Part shown: piece by piece, positions 41,178 to 51,459 of the stretch
Position numbering within the stretch: the stretch's first letter is position 1
Layout of the letters: the number at the start of each line of letters is the position of its first letter
Position numbers and translations under genes: made by a program
From: an uncultured Candidatus Rokubacteria bacterium
GTDB lineage: Bacteria > Methylomirabilota > Methylomirabilia > Rokubacteriales > CSP1-6
NCBI GenBank assembly: GCA_963789955.1
Contig: CAWBMV010000017.1
Coordinates: 1-64,000 of the forward strand
DNA: 64,000 bases
Direction of reading: 5' to 3'
The notes under the pieces: model-generated
What the model was told of the DNA's origin: nothing
The model's input: only the letters and a program-made list of their open reading frames with translations
Databases searched by the model: none

Positions 41178-41876
41178 ATGACGACCGAGCAATGGTTCGA
41201 CTCGCTGACGGCCGAGCTGCTTGCGCAGAATCCCTTCAGGCGCTCCGAGTACTTCAAGCGGTTCGCCGCGGGCTCCTTGAGCCGTGAGCAGGTGTGGGGG
41301 CACATCGCCCAGCACTACCTGCTGATCGCGTGGTTTCCCCGCATCTTCAGCGGCATCCACACGCGCTGCGAGGATTTCGAGGTTCGCAAGGATTGCGCAC
41401 GGCACCTGCTGGTCGAGGATCTCGGATTTCTGGGCGGCGAGGTCGGCGCCACGCCCGATCACGACGAGCTCTTCCGCCGCATCGGCGACGATCTCGGCTA
41501 TGCCCGCGACGCGTATGACGGCATCGTCGCCGTGCCGGAGATGGCCGCCATCGTGAGCTTCTTCCGCGAGCTGGCCCACGAGCGGCCGTGGAGCGCGGCA
41601 CTCTGCGCGACGGCGCTCCTGGAGGAGGAAGTGGTCGAGATCGCCCGCACGGTCGGCCGGGCGCTCGTCGAGCACTACGGCGTCCGTCCGGAGTGGGGCG
41701 GCCAGAACTATGCCGTGCACGAAGCGGTGGAGCAGGAGGAATCGGGCGAGACGAAGAAGACCATTCTGAAGCACCTGCGCACCGCCGGCGAGCGCGGAGC
41801 CGCCGAGGATGCGATGCGCGAGATGCATCGCCTGCTTCACGTGTATGCTGAGAGCCTCGCCCGCCGACATCTCTGA
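41178..41876 (+). CDS. TenA/PqqC-like heme-oxygenase-fold (iron-containing redox enzyme) family protein
   Basis: 232-aa helical protein with 'HYLLIAWFPRIFSGI' and 'HLLVEDLG' pattern typical of the TenA/PqqC/CADD superfamily. Confidence 0.6.
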   Translation: MTTEQWFDSLTAELLAQNPFRRSEYFKRFAAGSLSREQVWGHIAQHYLLIAWFPRIFSGIHTRCEDFEVRKDCARHLLVEDLGFLGGEVGATPDHDELFRRIGDDLGYARDAYDGIVAVPEMAAIVSFFRELAHERPWSAALCATALLEEEVVEIARTVGRALVEHYGVRPEWGGQNYAVHEAVEQEESGETKKTILKHLRTAGERGAAEDAMREMHRLLHVYAESLARRHL

Positions 41877-41939
41877 TATGCCGTTTCGTTGCGTGATCGC
41901 CGGACCGGAGAGAGCATAGAGGGAAGGTGGGAGGCGCCC

Positions 41940-43305
41940 ATGAGCCTGCAATCGGTCAATCCAGCGACCGGGGAAGTCCTCGAGACGTTCACCGCGACTT
42001 CGAGCCGCGAGCTCGACCGCATCGTCGCGCAGAGCCACGCGGCGTTCCTCGAGTGGCGCACCGTGCCCTTCAAGGTGCGCGCCGAGCGGATGCGCGGGGC
42101 GGCGCAGATCCTGCGGCGCCGCCGGGCGGAGTTCGCCCGCACGATGACGCTCGAGATGGGCAAGCCGATCACGCAGGGGGAGGCCGAAGCCGACAAGTGC
42201 GCGTGGGTATGCGACTACTACGCGGACTCGGCCGAGGGCTTCCTGGCCGTCCAGCCGCGCGAGACCGACGCGAAGAAGAGCTACGTGCGCTTCGATCCGC
42301 TGGGTGTCGTGCTCGCGGTCATGCCCTGGAACTTCCCGTTCTGGCAGGTGTTCCGCTTCGCCGCGCCGGCGCTCATGGCCGGCAACGCGGGCGTCCTGAA
42401 GCACGCCTCGAACGTTCCGCGCTGCGCGCTCCAGATCGAGGAGGTGTTCCGCGAGGCGGGATTCCCGCGCGGGCTCTTCTCGACCGCGCTGATCGAGTCG
42501 TCGGCCGTCGCCGGCCTGATCGACGACCCGCGCATCGTCGCCGTCACCCTCACGGGCAGCGAGCTGGCGGGCAGCAAGGTCGCCGAGCGGGCAGGGAAGG
42601 CGCTCAAGAAGACGGTGCTCGAGCTCGGCGGCAGCGATCCGTTCATCGTCCTCGAGGACGCCGATCTCGACGCGTGCGGCCAACGTCGCCGCCGACGCGC
42701 GCCTGGTCAACAGCGGCCAGAGCTGCATCGCGGCCAAGCGGTTCATCGTCGTCGACGCGGTGGCCGAGAAGTTCATCCCGAAGTTCGTCGACCAGCTGCG
42801 CTCGCGCCGCATGGGCGATCCGCTGGCCCGCGAGACGCAGATCGGACCTCAGGCGCGTGTCGAGCTGCGCGACGAGCTGCACCGCCAGGTCGAGGAGTCA
42901 GTCAAGCGTGGGGCCCAGCGTCTGCTCGGCGGCGAGCTCCCGCGCGGCAAGGGCGCGTTCTATCCCGCGACGTTGCTCTCGGCGGTGGACAAGGGCATGC
43001 CGGCCTTCGACGAGGAGACGTTCGGGCCGGTGGCCGCGGTGATTCGCGCCAAGGACGAGACGGATGCGGTGCGTCTGGCCAACGACTCGCAATTCGGGCT
43101 GGGCGCGGCGCTGTGGACCAGGGACCACGCGCGCGCCGAGCGCCTCGCGGCGGCGATCGAAGCGGGCGCGGTGTTCGTCAACGGTCTGGTGAAGTCGGAT
43201 CCGCGGCTGCCGTTCGGCGGCATCAAGAAATCGGGTTACGGGCGCGAGCTCTCGGAGTACGGCATCCGCGAGTTCGTCAACATCAAGTCCGTCTGGATGG
43301 CCTGA
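41940..43305 (+). CDS. NAD(P)-dependent aldehyde dehydrogenase (succinate-semialdehyde dehydrogenase-like), interrupted by a single-base insertion near 42675
   Basis: 'LELGGSDPFIV' (catalytic Glu region). Then 'gacgcgTgcggccaac' breaks 'DAAANVAADARLVNSGQSCIAAKRF' (catalytic Cys) into another frame. The C-terminal part is ORF 42760..43305. RBS 'ggaaggtgggagg' before ATG 41940. Confidence 0.75.
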
Positions 43306-43321
43306 CGGCGGGCGTGGTCGT

Positions 43322-44953
43322 ATGAAAGCCTCGGATCTGATCGTCCAGTGCCTCGAGAACGAGCAGGTTCGCTATGTGTTCGGCCTGCCGGGCGAGGAGA
43401 TCCTGGACATCCTCGATTCCTTCCTGGAGTCGCGCATCACCTTCATCCCGACGCGGCACGAGCAGGGGGCCGCGTTCATGGCCGACGCGTACGGGCGCCT
43501 GACCGGGCGCGCGGGCGTGTGTCTCTCGACCCTCGGTCCGGGCGCGACGAATCTCGCCACGGGCGTCGCCGACGCGAACCTCGATCGCGCGCCGCTGGTG
43601 GCGATCACGGGGCAGGCCGGACGCGATCGCATCCACAAGGAGTCGCACCAGCGCGTCGACATCGTCGAGCACTTCCGGCCGCTGACCAAGTGGAATACGC
43701 GCGTGGAGACCGCCGGGGTCATCCCCGAGGTCATCCGCAAGGCGTTCAAGCTGGCCGAGTCCGAGAAGCCGGGAGCCTGTCACATCGAGGTGCCCGAGGA
43801 CCTCGCGCGCGAGGAGACCGACGGCGCGCCGCTCTCGACCGAGCGCGCCCGGCGTCCGTCGCCGGACCGCCAGGCCCTCGAGACCGCGGCGCGACTGATC
43901 GAAAGTGCGTCGTTTCCGCTGATCTTCGCCGGCAACGGCGTGATCCGCGGGCGCGCGTCGGGCGAGCTGCGGACGTTCGCCCGAGCGCACGGGATCCCGG
44001 TCGCGCACACGTTCATGGCGAAGGGCTCGATGCCGTACGACGACGATCTCTGTCTCCTGTCCGTCGGGCTCCAGGCGCGGGACTATATCTCGTGCGGCTT
44101 CGACAAGGCCGACCTGATCATCGCGGTCGGCTACGATCCGGTCGAGTACGCGCCGAAGTTCTGGAACCCGGAGCGCAAGAAGTCGATCGTGCACATCGAC
44201 TTCACGCCGGCCGAGGTCGACAGCTTCTATCAGCCGGCGGTCGAGGTGGTGGCTGACGTGCGCGAGGCGATCGAGCTTCTCGGCGGGCTCGTGAAGGGCC
44301 AGAAGGATCCGGCGCCCTTTCACAAGCTGCGACAGTTCATCCTCGCCGAGCTCGAGGAAGGCGCCGCCGACGACCGCTTTCCGCTGAAGCCTCAGCGCAT
44401 CTTGAGAGATCTCCGGGCGAGCATGGGCCGCGAGGACATCCTGATCTCCGACGTCGGCACGCACAAGCTGTGGATCGCCCGCACGTTTCCCGCGTACGAG
44501 CCGAACACCGTGCTCATCTCCAACGGCTACGCGGCCATGGGCTTCGCGCTGCCGGCCGCCATCGCGGCCAAGCTCGTGCATCCCGAGCGCAAGGTGGTGG
44601 CGGTGAGCGGCGACGGCGGCTTCCTCATGAACAGCCAGGAGCTCGAGACCGCGTGCCGGCTCGGGCTCGGGATCGTCAACGTCATCTTCCGCGACGGTGG
44701 ATACAATCTCATCCAGTGGAAGCAGCAGACGCATCTCGGGCGCGAATCCGGCGTCAAGTTCGGCAATCCGGACTTCGTGGCGCTGGCCGCGGCATTCGGC
44801 GCCAAGGGATACCGGGTCGACTCGGCGCGCGCGCTGGGGCCGATCCTCGCGGACGCCCTGGCGCACCCCGGCCCCTCGATCGTCGATGTGCCGGTCGACT
44901 ACGAGAACGCAAAGCTCACGGCCGGGCTCGGCCAGCTCATCTGTCCGATCTGA
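43322..44953 (+). CDS. thiamine-pyrophosphate enzyme (acetolactate-synthase large-subunit family)
   Basis: N-terminal pyrimidine-binding, central and C-terminal TPP-binding domains ('GDGGFLMNSQELETA'). Confidence 0.8.
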   Translation: MKASDLIVQCLENEQVRYVFGLPGEEILDILDSFLESRITFIPTRHEQGAAFMADAYGRLTGRAGVCLSTLGPGATNLATGVADANLDRAPLVAITGQAGRDRIHKESHQRVDIVEHFRPLTKWNTRVETAGVIPEVIRKAFKLAESEKPGACHIEVPEDLAREETDGAPLSTERARRPSPDRQALETAARLIESASFPLIFAGNGVIRGRASGELRTFARAHGIPVAHTFMAKGSMPYDDDLCLLSVGLQARDYISCGFDKADLIIAVGYDPVEYAPKFWNPERKKSIVHIDFTPAEVDSFYQPAVEVVADVREAIELLGGLVKGQKDPAPFHKLRQFILAELEEGAADDRFPLKPQRILRDLRASMGREDILISDVGTHKLWIARTFPAYEPNTVLISNGYAAMGFALPAAIAAKLVHPERKVVAVSGDGGFLMNSQELETACRLGLGIVNVIFRDGGYNLIQWKQQTHLGRESGVKFGNPDFVALAAAFGAKGYRVDSARALGPILADALAHPGPSIVDVPVDYENAKLTAGLGQLICPI

Positions 44954-44987
44954 GCCCGGCGTGACAGGACCTGTTGCGCGACCGGAC

Positions 44988-45302
44988 ATGGCGATGGAAG
45001 AGACGCTCACGCACGTGGTCGACGAGCTGATCCGGCGAGGCTACCAGGAGCACTTCCGCGTGGTCGACGGCCGGCTCCAGGCGATCGGGACGGGTCAGCG
45101 CTTCGAGCCGAAGGACGTCGTGATTCGCGGGTACTACCGGTTCGAGGGTGTGTCGGACCCCGACGACATGGCGATCGTCTACGCGATCGAGACCACGAGC
45201 GGTGTGCGGGGCTTTCTCGTGGATGCGTTCGGCGTGTACTCCGATCCTGCGATCGGCGCTGCGCTTCGGCACGTTCCTATCCTCGGCAAGACCGCCGCGT
45301 AG
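44988..45302 (+). CDS. small hypothetical protein (104 aa)
   Basis: 'MAMEETLTHVVDELIRRGYQEHFRVVDGRLQAIG...YYRFEGVSDPDDMAIVYAIET'. Weak RBS. Confidence 0.4.
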   Translation: MAMEETLTHVVDELIRRGYQEHFRVVDGRLQAIGTGQRFEPKDVVIRGYYRFEGVSDPDDMAIVYAIETTSGVRGFLVDAFGVYSDPAIGAALRHVPILGKTAA

Positions 45303-45621
45303 CTCACCTTCGGCCGGACCTAGCGTCGCACGCGTTCGATTGCGGGGCCGATCGCGAGCGCGGCGCCGGCGGCGATCGCCGAGAGCACCGCGAACGCGGC
45401 CCAGATCGACGGAACGATGAGCGCGACTTCGAGCGGCGTCAGGCCGAAGCCGGCGACGAGGCTCGGCGAGAGGGGCGAGATCCCGAGCACGCCGAACGCG
45501 CCCGCGCCGTAGGAGCCCGTGAGAATCGCCAGGAGAAACCACCGAGTGGACACGAACGGGAAAGAGGCCGGCAGCTCCGAGGCCGCCGGCCCAGCTCCTC
45601 AGCGCGATCGCGTGATGGCGA

Positions 45622-46593
45622 TCAGGACGTCAGCGCGAACTTCTGGAACGTGTGGCAGCTCTCGGGTACGTAACCGCGGCTTCCCGCGAACGTCCACGTG
45701 ACCTCGCTGACGTACACGTCGCCTTTCGAGTCGACCGCGATGCCGTGCGGCGCCGCGAAGCTGCCGGCCGCCGTCGGATCCGGGCCACCCCAGCGCGCGA
45801 GCACGCGGCCGTCGCGGTCGTAGACGCTCACGCGGCCCGAGCGGATCTCGCCGGCGGGACCATAGCGCCGCGACGTCTGACCCGGCTGCCACCAGAGCTC
45901 CGAGACGTACGCGCGGCCCTGCGCGTCGAAGACCACGTGCGTCGGGCGCCGCGTGTCGGTCCACTCGGACAGATACTCGCCGTCCGGGTTGAAGATCTGG
46001 ATGCGATCGTTCTCTCGGTCGCACACGAAGACGCGACCGTCGGAGGCGACCGCGATGCCGTGGGGCAAGAAGAACTCGCCCGGGCCCTGACCCGGCACGC
46101 CCCACGAGCGCTTGAGCTCGCCCGTCGGCGAGAACAGATGGACGCGGCAGTTGCCGTAGCCGTCGGACACGTACAGCTCGCCGCGCGGGCCGACCGCGAG
46201 ATTCGTCGGCCGGTTGAACGGGCCACCCGCCTTCGACACGGTGGCGGTGTTCTTACCGTCGTACCCCGTGTCGGAAGGCGTGTTCATCGTGCCCATCGTC
46301 ATCAGGAGCTTGCCCTGCGGCGTGAACTTCCGCACGGTGTGGTTGCCGTCGTCCGAGCAGTACAGGAGGCCGTCCGGTCCGACGGTGATGCCGTGCGTGC
46401 GCAGGGTGAACTGGCCCTCGCCCCACGAGCCCAGGAAGTTGCCCTTCCGGTCGTAGACGATGATCGGATGATCCCCGCGACAGATCAGATAGACGCGATC
46501 CTCACCGTCGATCGCGACGCCCGCGACGTCGCGGTGAGAATAGCCGCTGGGCAGCTGCTCCCAGCCTTCGACGACTCCGTAGCTCAGCGCCAT
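45622..46593 (-). CDS. NHL-repeat beta-propeller protein
   Basis: Repeated 'GxxLYVSDxxNxRV/IQIF' blades ('LYCSDDGNHTVRKF', 'LYVSDGYGNCRVHLF', 'VFVCDRENDRIQIF'). Confidence 0.75.
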   Translation of the reverse strand: MALSYGVVEGWEQLPSGYSHRDVAGVAIDGEDRVYLICRGDHPIIVYDRKGNFLGSWGEGQFTLRTHGITVGPDGLLYCSDDGNHTVRKFTPQGKLLMTMGTMNTPSDTGYDGKNTATVSKAGGPFNRPTNLAVGPRGELYVSDGYGNCRVHLFSPTGELKRSWGVPGQGPGEFFLPHGIAVASDGRVFVCDRENDRIQIFNPDGEYLSEWTDTRRPTHVVFDAQGRAYVSELWWQPGQTSRRYGPAGEIRSGRVSVYDRDGRVLARWGGPDPTAAGSFAAPHGIAVDSKGDVYVSEVTWTFAGSRGYVPESCHTFQKFALTS

Positions 46594-46609
46594 CGGATTC
46601 CTCCTCGGC

Positions 46610-47110
46610 TCACACCCGCTCGTAGGCGAGGCGTTTCACCTTGTCCATGTTCGTGCCCTCGATCCGGATCAGTCGCGTCGGTCCGTCGCGGCGCGGCGAG
46701 TGCAGATCGCCCTCGTTGTAGACGTGCGCCATGCCGGGCTTGAGCGTGTAGCTCGTGGCGAGGCGCACCTTGCCCGGCTTGTCGGGCTTGGCAGCCTCGA
46801 CGAGCGCCCAATCGCTCATCACGGTCTCACCGCGCGCCTGGCCGTAGATCGCCCAGGACGGACCGTGATCGTGCGGATTGCTCTCCTTCTTGCCGGTGTA
46901 GACGTGGGCGAGGATGCAGAAGCCGAGCTTCGGATCTTCGTAGAGGATCTTGCGCTCGGGGACGTCGTCGCCGACGTACTTGCCGACGAACGCCTCGTCC
47001 TTGAGAACCTCCTGGACGACCTCGCACACCTTCTTGCGGCCGGCGGGGCCGGGGTCTTCGGTGAGCGCCTGCTGACAGGCCGCCGCGAACTTCTCCAGGG
47101 TCCAGCTCAT
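46610..47110 (-). CDS. cupin-fold protein (cysteine-dioxygenase type I-like)
   Basis: 'CILAHVYTGKKESNPHDHGPSWAIYG' cupin metal-site motif. Confidence 0.65.
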   Translation of the reverse strand: MSWTLEKFAAACQQALTEDPGPAGRKKVCEVVQEVLKDEAFVGKYVGDDVPERKILYEDPKLGFCILAHVYTGKKESNPHDHGPSWAIYGQARGETVMSDWALVEAAKPDKPGKVRLATSYTLKPGMAHVYNEGDLHSPRRDGPTRLIRIEGTNMDKVKRLAYERV

Positions 47111-47220
47111 GACCTTGACCTCCTCAGGTTGTCTTGGACCGAGTTGCCGCCATGACGACCTTCATCTAGGGTCGCGCCTCGGCCGGCGGGGCCCCAGCCC
47201 CGCGACGGCCTGCGCGCGTA

Positions 47221-48924
47221 CTACCGCCCGCGGGCGCCGCCGCGTAGCAGCTGCCCCGGCAGCGCCCCGGTGGGCTTGCCGTCGCGCAGCACGACCTCGC
47301 CGTTCACCACGGTCGCCGCGATGCCGCGCGCCCGCTGCGTGAGCCGACGGGCTCCCGCCGGCAGATCGCGCACGACCTCGGGCATCTCCGGGGCGATCGT
47401 CTCGGGATCGAAGACGAGCAGATCGGCCGCCATGCCCTCGCGGATCAATCCGCGATCCAAGAAGCCCCAGTGCGTGGCCGGCTCGAAGCTCAGCATGCGC
47501 ACCGCCTGCTCGAGGGACATGGCTTGCTTCGCCCGAACCCAGTGGCTCAGCAGGTGAGTCTGGAGCGAGGCGTCCATGATCTGCGAGACGTGCGCGCCCG
47601 AGTCCGAGAACGTGACGACCGTCCGCGGATGCTTCATGAGCTCGAGGGCGTGATCCTGATTCTCGTTGGCGATCGGCTGCAGGAAGAACCGGTCGAGATC
47701 CTTCTCGAGCGCCAGATCGATGATCGCCTCGACCGGGTCGATGCCACGCTCGCGCGCGACCGCCGCCACCGAGCGATGCGGTCCTTCAGCCGTGTCCATC
47801 ACGAAGATCCACTCGTACGACCCCAGCCGCGCCTCGGCGCCGATGGGACGGCGCTCGTCGCGCTCCTTCGCGGCCTCCACCAGACGGCGGCGCAGCTCCG
47901 GATCGCGCAGCCGCTGCTTCTGCTCCTCGAGCGGCAGCGCGCGCAGCTCGCGCCACACGGGCAGGCGATCGAAGGGCAGCTGGGTCTTGAACGAGAGGAC
48001 GACCGTGAGCGCGCGACTGTGCACCTGGGCGAACATGCGGCCGCCGCGGGCCGCCGTCTCCTCGAGCAGGGCGACGTAGGTGCGCCAGAGATCGGGCTCT
48101 TCACGACGACTGAACAGGCCCCAGGTGACGGGCCGGCCGGTCTCGACGGCCAGATCGCGCAGCCGCACGTGGTAGTCGCGCAGACGCTCGGGGTCCCCAC
48201 CGGCGCGCTCGCCGGCCAGCTCGAACACCCCGGCATTCATCTCGCCCATGACGCCGACGAGCCGGCGCACCTCGTCCCACGAGGCCAGGCGGCTCGCGAC
48301 CGGACGACGATCGGGCGTCTCGTGGCTCGGCGAGCGCGAGGTCGTGAAGCCGATGGCGCCGGCGCGAATCCCGTCGCGCAGCTCGCGCTCCATGGCGCGC
48401 AGGTCGTCCTCACTGGCTTCCTTCTCGAAGGCGCGTTCGCCCATCGCGTACGTGCGCAGCGCCGAGTGACCCACGTAGCCGGCGTAGTTGATGCCCTTGG
48501 GAAGCATCTCGACCCGGTCCAGGAACTCCGGGAACGTCGTCCAGGTCCAGTCGATGCCGGCGTCCATCGCTTCGGCGGCGATGTCCTCGGCGCGCTCGAG
48601 ATTGCGCACGACCAGATGACGCTCGGACTTGCCGCAGGGCGCCAGGGTGAAGCCGCAATTGCCCATCACGACCGTGGTGACGCCATGCCAGCACGAGCAG
48701 GTGCCGTATGGATCCCAGAAGACCTGGGCGTCCATGTGCGTGTGGCCGTCGATGAAGCCCGGGGTCACCACCTGGCCGTCGGCGTCGATCACCTCGCGCG
48801 CGGCCTCTCGAATACGACCGATGGCGGCAACGCGACCGTGACGTACGGCCACGTCGGCTCGGTAGCGGGGCAGTCCGGATCCGTCGATCACCGTGCCGTT
48901 CTTGATCACCAGGTCATACGGCAT
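47221..48924 (-). CDS. N-acyl-D-amino-acid deacylase (D-aminoacylase) family amidohydrolase
   Basis: 'MPYDLVIKNGTVIDGSG', 'PGFIDGHTHMD', 'VMGNCGFTLAP'. Confidence 0.8.
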   Translation of the reverse strand: MPYDLVIKNGTVIDGSGLPRYRADVAVRHGRVAAIGRIREAAREVIDADGQVVTPGFIDGHTHMDAQVFWDPYGTCSCWHGVTTVVMGNCGFTLAPCGKSERHLVVRNLERAEDIAAEAMDAGIDWTWTTFPEFLDRVEMLPKGINYAGYVGHSALRTYAMGERAFEKEASEDDLRAMERELRDGIRAGAIGFTTSRSPSHETPDRRPVASRLASWDEVRRLVGVMGEMNAGVFELAGERAGGDPERLRDYHVRLRDLAVETGRPVTWGLFSRREEPDLWRTYVALLEETAARGGRMFAQVHSRALTVVLSFKTQLPFDRLPVWRELRALPLEEQKQRLRDPELRRRLVEAAKERDERRPIGAEARLGSYEWIFVMDTAEGPHRSVAAVARERGIDPVEAIIDLALEKDLDRFFLQPIANENQDHALELMKHPRTVVTFSDSGAHVSQIMDASLQTHLLSHWVRAKQAMSLEQAVRMLSFEPATHWGFLDRGLIREGMAADLLVFDPETIAPEMPEVVRDLPAGARRLTQRARGIAATVVNGEVVLRDGKPTGALPGQLLRGGARGR

Positions 48925-49074
48925 CGCGTGCTCCTCTCATCGACTCGCCCGAGGGACGGCAGGGCCCCGCGCCCGGTGGGTCGTGGCCGACCGAGGCGGC
49001 GCGCGTAAACGTGGCCGTATCGTACGTCAGTTCGGGACGTGCGGCCAGATGAAGGTGGTGGGGACTCGGGAGGA

Positions 49075-49785
49075 CTACGCGGCGTCGATTCCGGAGAGCC
49101 GGCCGAAGCTGACGGCGACCTGTTTGCCGCCGTCCTGATCGACCAGAAGCCCCTCGGGTGTGACATCGATGAGGGTGCCCGTGATCGGGACTCGAGAGTT
49201 CATGATCGAGAGCGCGACGCGGCGATCCTTGTAGGCCAGCGCTTCGCCCATCCAGAGCTTCGCCATCGCGCGGCTCAGATCGTCGACTTCCTGGATCATG
49301 CCGAGGCCGGGAATTCCCTGCGGACGCGGAGCTTCGATCTCGACGGTCTGTGCGGTGGCGGTGGCTGCCACCGGTGCGCCGACGGTCGCGGCGCGGGCTG
49401 GGGCGGGCGTGGGACGAGGGGCGGAGGCCGAGGGCGCGGTGTGCGGCTGGGCGCCGAGGGCCGGAGGCCGATACTCGGCGACGAGTCCGGGCGCGCGATC
49501 TTGCGCGGCCGCATTGACGCGCCCGTCGATAGCCGATCGCGTGCCCACGGCTCTTCCGAGACCGCGGATGAGCTCGGACATCTGACCCATCAAGCGGCGG
49601 AAGATGTAGTAGCCGAGAAGGGCGATCCCCAGAGCCAGGGCCAGTCCGATCTGGGATTGCAGGCGCGACAGGGATCCCAGCCGGTGGAGGGTCCAGACGA
49701 AGATGAGCAGCGGGACGACCGTGGTGACGGCGAACACCGCGGAAGCGGCCTGTTGCAGTGAGTTGGGTCGCGGTGTATTCGCCAT
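49075..49785 (-). CDS. membrane protein with Pro/Ala-rich linker and small C-terminal beta-rich domain (hypothetical)
   Basis: 2 N-terminal TM segments, a PA-rich spacer and C-terminal 'RRVALSIMNSRVPITGTLIDVTPEGLLVDQDGGKQVAVSFGRL'. Confidence 0.5.
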   Translation of the reverse strand: MANTPRPNSLQQAASAVFAVTTVVPLLIFVWTLHRLGSLSRLQSQIGLALALGIALLGYYIFRRLMGQMSELIRGLGRAVGTRSAIDGRVNAAAQDRAPGLVAEYRPPALGAQPHTAPSASAPRPTPAPARAATVGAPVAATATAQTVEIEAPRPQGIPGLGMIQEVDDLSRAMAKLWMGEALAYKDRRVALSIMNSRVPITGTLIDVTPEGLLVDQDGGKQVAVSFGRLSGIDAA

Positions 49786-49908
49786 CAAAATCCATCGTAG
49801 GCGATCGCAAGCTCAGGGCCTTCAGGAAAAAATCGGCGGGCCCCGGCCGAGGCCTAAGGTGTGATATATCGCGGGGTAGATCGACAGAGCTTCAGAGGAG
49901 GTATCAAG

Positions 49909-50262
49909 GTGAGCGACCTGAAAATCGATGCGGTGCGGTCCTCGAGCAGCGGTGTGCTCGGGCGCGCCCGGAGCGAGGCGCGAGGCCACAGGCTGGTCCT
50001 CGACTCGTCGTCCCGGCCACAAGCCGACGCCTTCACCAACAGCGAGGCGTTCCTCGCGGGCGTCTCGTCCTGCGGTGTCACCTTGATCGAGGCGCACGCG
50101 AAGGAGTCGAGCATCCCGATGACGGGTATCGACGTCACGATCGAGGGGGCGCGGACTGCGGCCGAGCCGAACCGGTTCGCCGTGGTGACGATGACCTTCG
50201 AGATCGCCGGAGTCAGCCAGGCCCAGGCGGACGAGCTCGTCGCGACCTACCGCGGGCGTTGA
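49909..50262 (+). CDS. OsmC/Ohr-family peroxiredoxin-like protein
   Basis: GTG 49909 with gaggagg RBS. 'EAFLAGVSSCGVTLIEAHA' (OsmC Cys region). Confidence 0.75.
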   Translation: MSDLKIDAVRSSSSGVLGRARSEARGHRLVLDSSSRPQADAFTNSEAFLAGVSSCGVTLIEAHAKESSIPMTGIDVTIEGARTAAEPNRFAVVTMTFEIAGVSQAQADELVATYRGR

Positions 50263-50357
50263 CCCCTCTACCGGACGGTCGCGGGCGCGACCGAGGTGAA
50301 GGTGCGGGTGGTGGCGGTTCGCTGAACCGGTAGTACCATCGGGCCCCGGAGGATTCG

Positions 50358-50939
50358 GTGGCGAAGCAGCGGTGTGCCTGGGCCCGCGGCGATCTCGACG
50401 TCGCGTATCACGATCGTGAGTGGGGCGTGCCGATCCATCGAGATCGGCGGCTGTTCGAGCTCCTGATTCTCGAGGGCGCGCAGGCGGGGCTGAGCTGGTC
50501 GACGATTCTGAAGAAGCGGCCGGCCTACCGAAAGGCGTTCGACGGGTTCGACGCGAACAAGATTGCTCGCTACTCCGCCGTCCGCGTGCGGCGCCTCATG
50601 AACGACGCGGGCATCGTTCGCAATCGCGCGAAGATCGAGGCCACGATCGCCAACGCGCGGGCCTTCCTCGCGGTCCAGCGCGAGCACGGAAGCTTCGACT
50701 CCTACATCTGGCAGTTCGTGGACGGCCGTCCCAGGCAGAACGCCTGGCGCCGGCACGGCGAATGTCCGGCGGTGACGGACACGTCGCGAGCCATGAGTCG
50801 CGATCTTCTCCGCCGGGGCTTCAAGTTCGTCGGCCCGACGATCTGTTACGCTTTCATGCAAGCGACCGGCATGGTGAACGACCACCTGCGCGGCTGTTTT
50901 CGATGGCGCGAGGTTCGGCGGCGCGCCACGACGCGGTGA
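50358..50939 (+). CDS. tag: DNA-3-methyladenine glycosylase I
   Basis: 'RCAWARGDLDVAYHDREWGVP', 'FELLILEGAQAGLSWSTIL', 'CYAFMQATGMVNDH'. Confidence 0.85.
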   Translation: MAKQRCAWARGDLDVAYHDREWGVPIHRDRRLFELLILEGAQAGLSWSTILKKRPAYRKAFDGFDANKIARYSAVRVRRLMNDAGIVRNRAKIEATIANARAFLAVQREHGSFDSYIWQFVDGRPRQNAWRRHGECPAVTDTSRAMSRDLLRRGFKFVGPTICYAFMQATGMVNDHLRGCFRWREVRRRATTR

Positions 50940-50954
50940 ACGGAAGGCGAGGGA

Positions 50955-51266
50955 ATGGCGAGACGGCGTGTTCGACTCGCGGCGGTAGGCGACGTGCCGG
51001 CCGGGCAAGGCCGGGTCGTCGAGGTCGAGGGCAAGGATCTGGCGCTGTTCAACGTCGACGGGACCTACTACGCGATCGACAATGCGTGTGCGCATCGCGG
51101 CGGACCGCTGGGCGAAGGCGACCTCGAAGGCCGATTCGTCCTGTGCCCGTGGCACGCCTGGCGCTGGGACGTCACGACCGGCGCCAACGCGAACAACCCC
51201 GCCGTCAAGATGGCCTGTTTCCCCGTCGCGGTCGAGAACGGCGACGTCTTCGTCGAGCTCGCCTGA
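50955..51266 (+). CDS. Rieske [2Fe-2S] domain protein (NirD-like small subunit)
   Basis: 'CAHRGGPL' and 'CPWHAWRWD' (CxH..CxxH). Confidence 0.8.
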   Translation: MARRRVRLAAVGDVPAGQGRVVEVEGKDLALFNVDGTYYAIDNACAHRGGPLGEGDLEGRFVLCPWHAWRWDVTTGANANNPAVKMACFPVAVENGDVFVELA

Positions 51267-51293
51267 GGACCACGGCCGGTGGATGCCACGCTG

Positions 51294-51455
51294 ATGGTCG
51301 GGGTCGGGCTGGCGGCCGGCATCGGTCTGGTCGTCGGCTGGATCACGTATCAGCGCTGCCCGCACTGCGGCCACCTCGTGCGCCGCGCGTCACAGGGCTG
51401 GAAGCGATGCGGCTCCTGCGGTCGGCAGTATCGCCGCGGACTTCGCGTACGATAG
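51294..51455 (+). CDS. 53-aa membrane-anchored zinc-ribbon protein (hypothetical)
   Basis: 'MVGVGLAAGIGLVVGWITYQRCPHCGHLVRRASQGWKRCGSCGRQYRRGLRVR'. CxxC..CxxC. Fills the gap between the Rieske and TPR genes. Confidence 0.35.
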   Translation: MVGVGLAAGIGLVVGWITYQRCPHCGHLVRRASQGWKRCGSCGRQYRRGLRVR

Positions 51456-51459
51456 CGGC

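Noticed and set aside
47110-47221. GC-rich hairpin (gcgggg-ctgggg-ccccgc) after the deacylase gene as an intrinsic terminator.
   Set aside because: No U-tract follows on the transcribed strand. It is more likely just a GC-rich stem.
49789-49908. Possible palindrome cggcgggccccggccg in the divergent promoter region between the membrane protein gene and the OsmC gene.
   Set aside because: It is not a true palindrome when reverse-complemented. It is only a GC-rich stretch.
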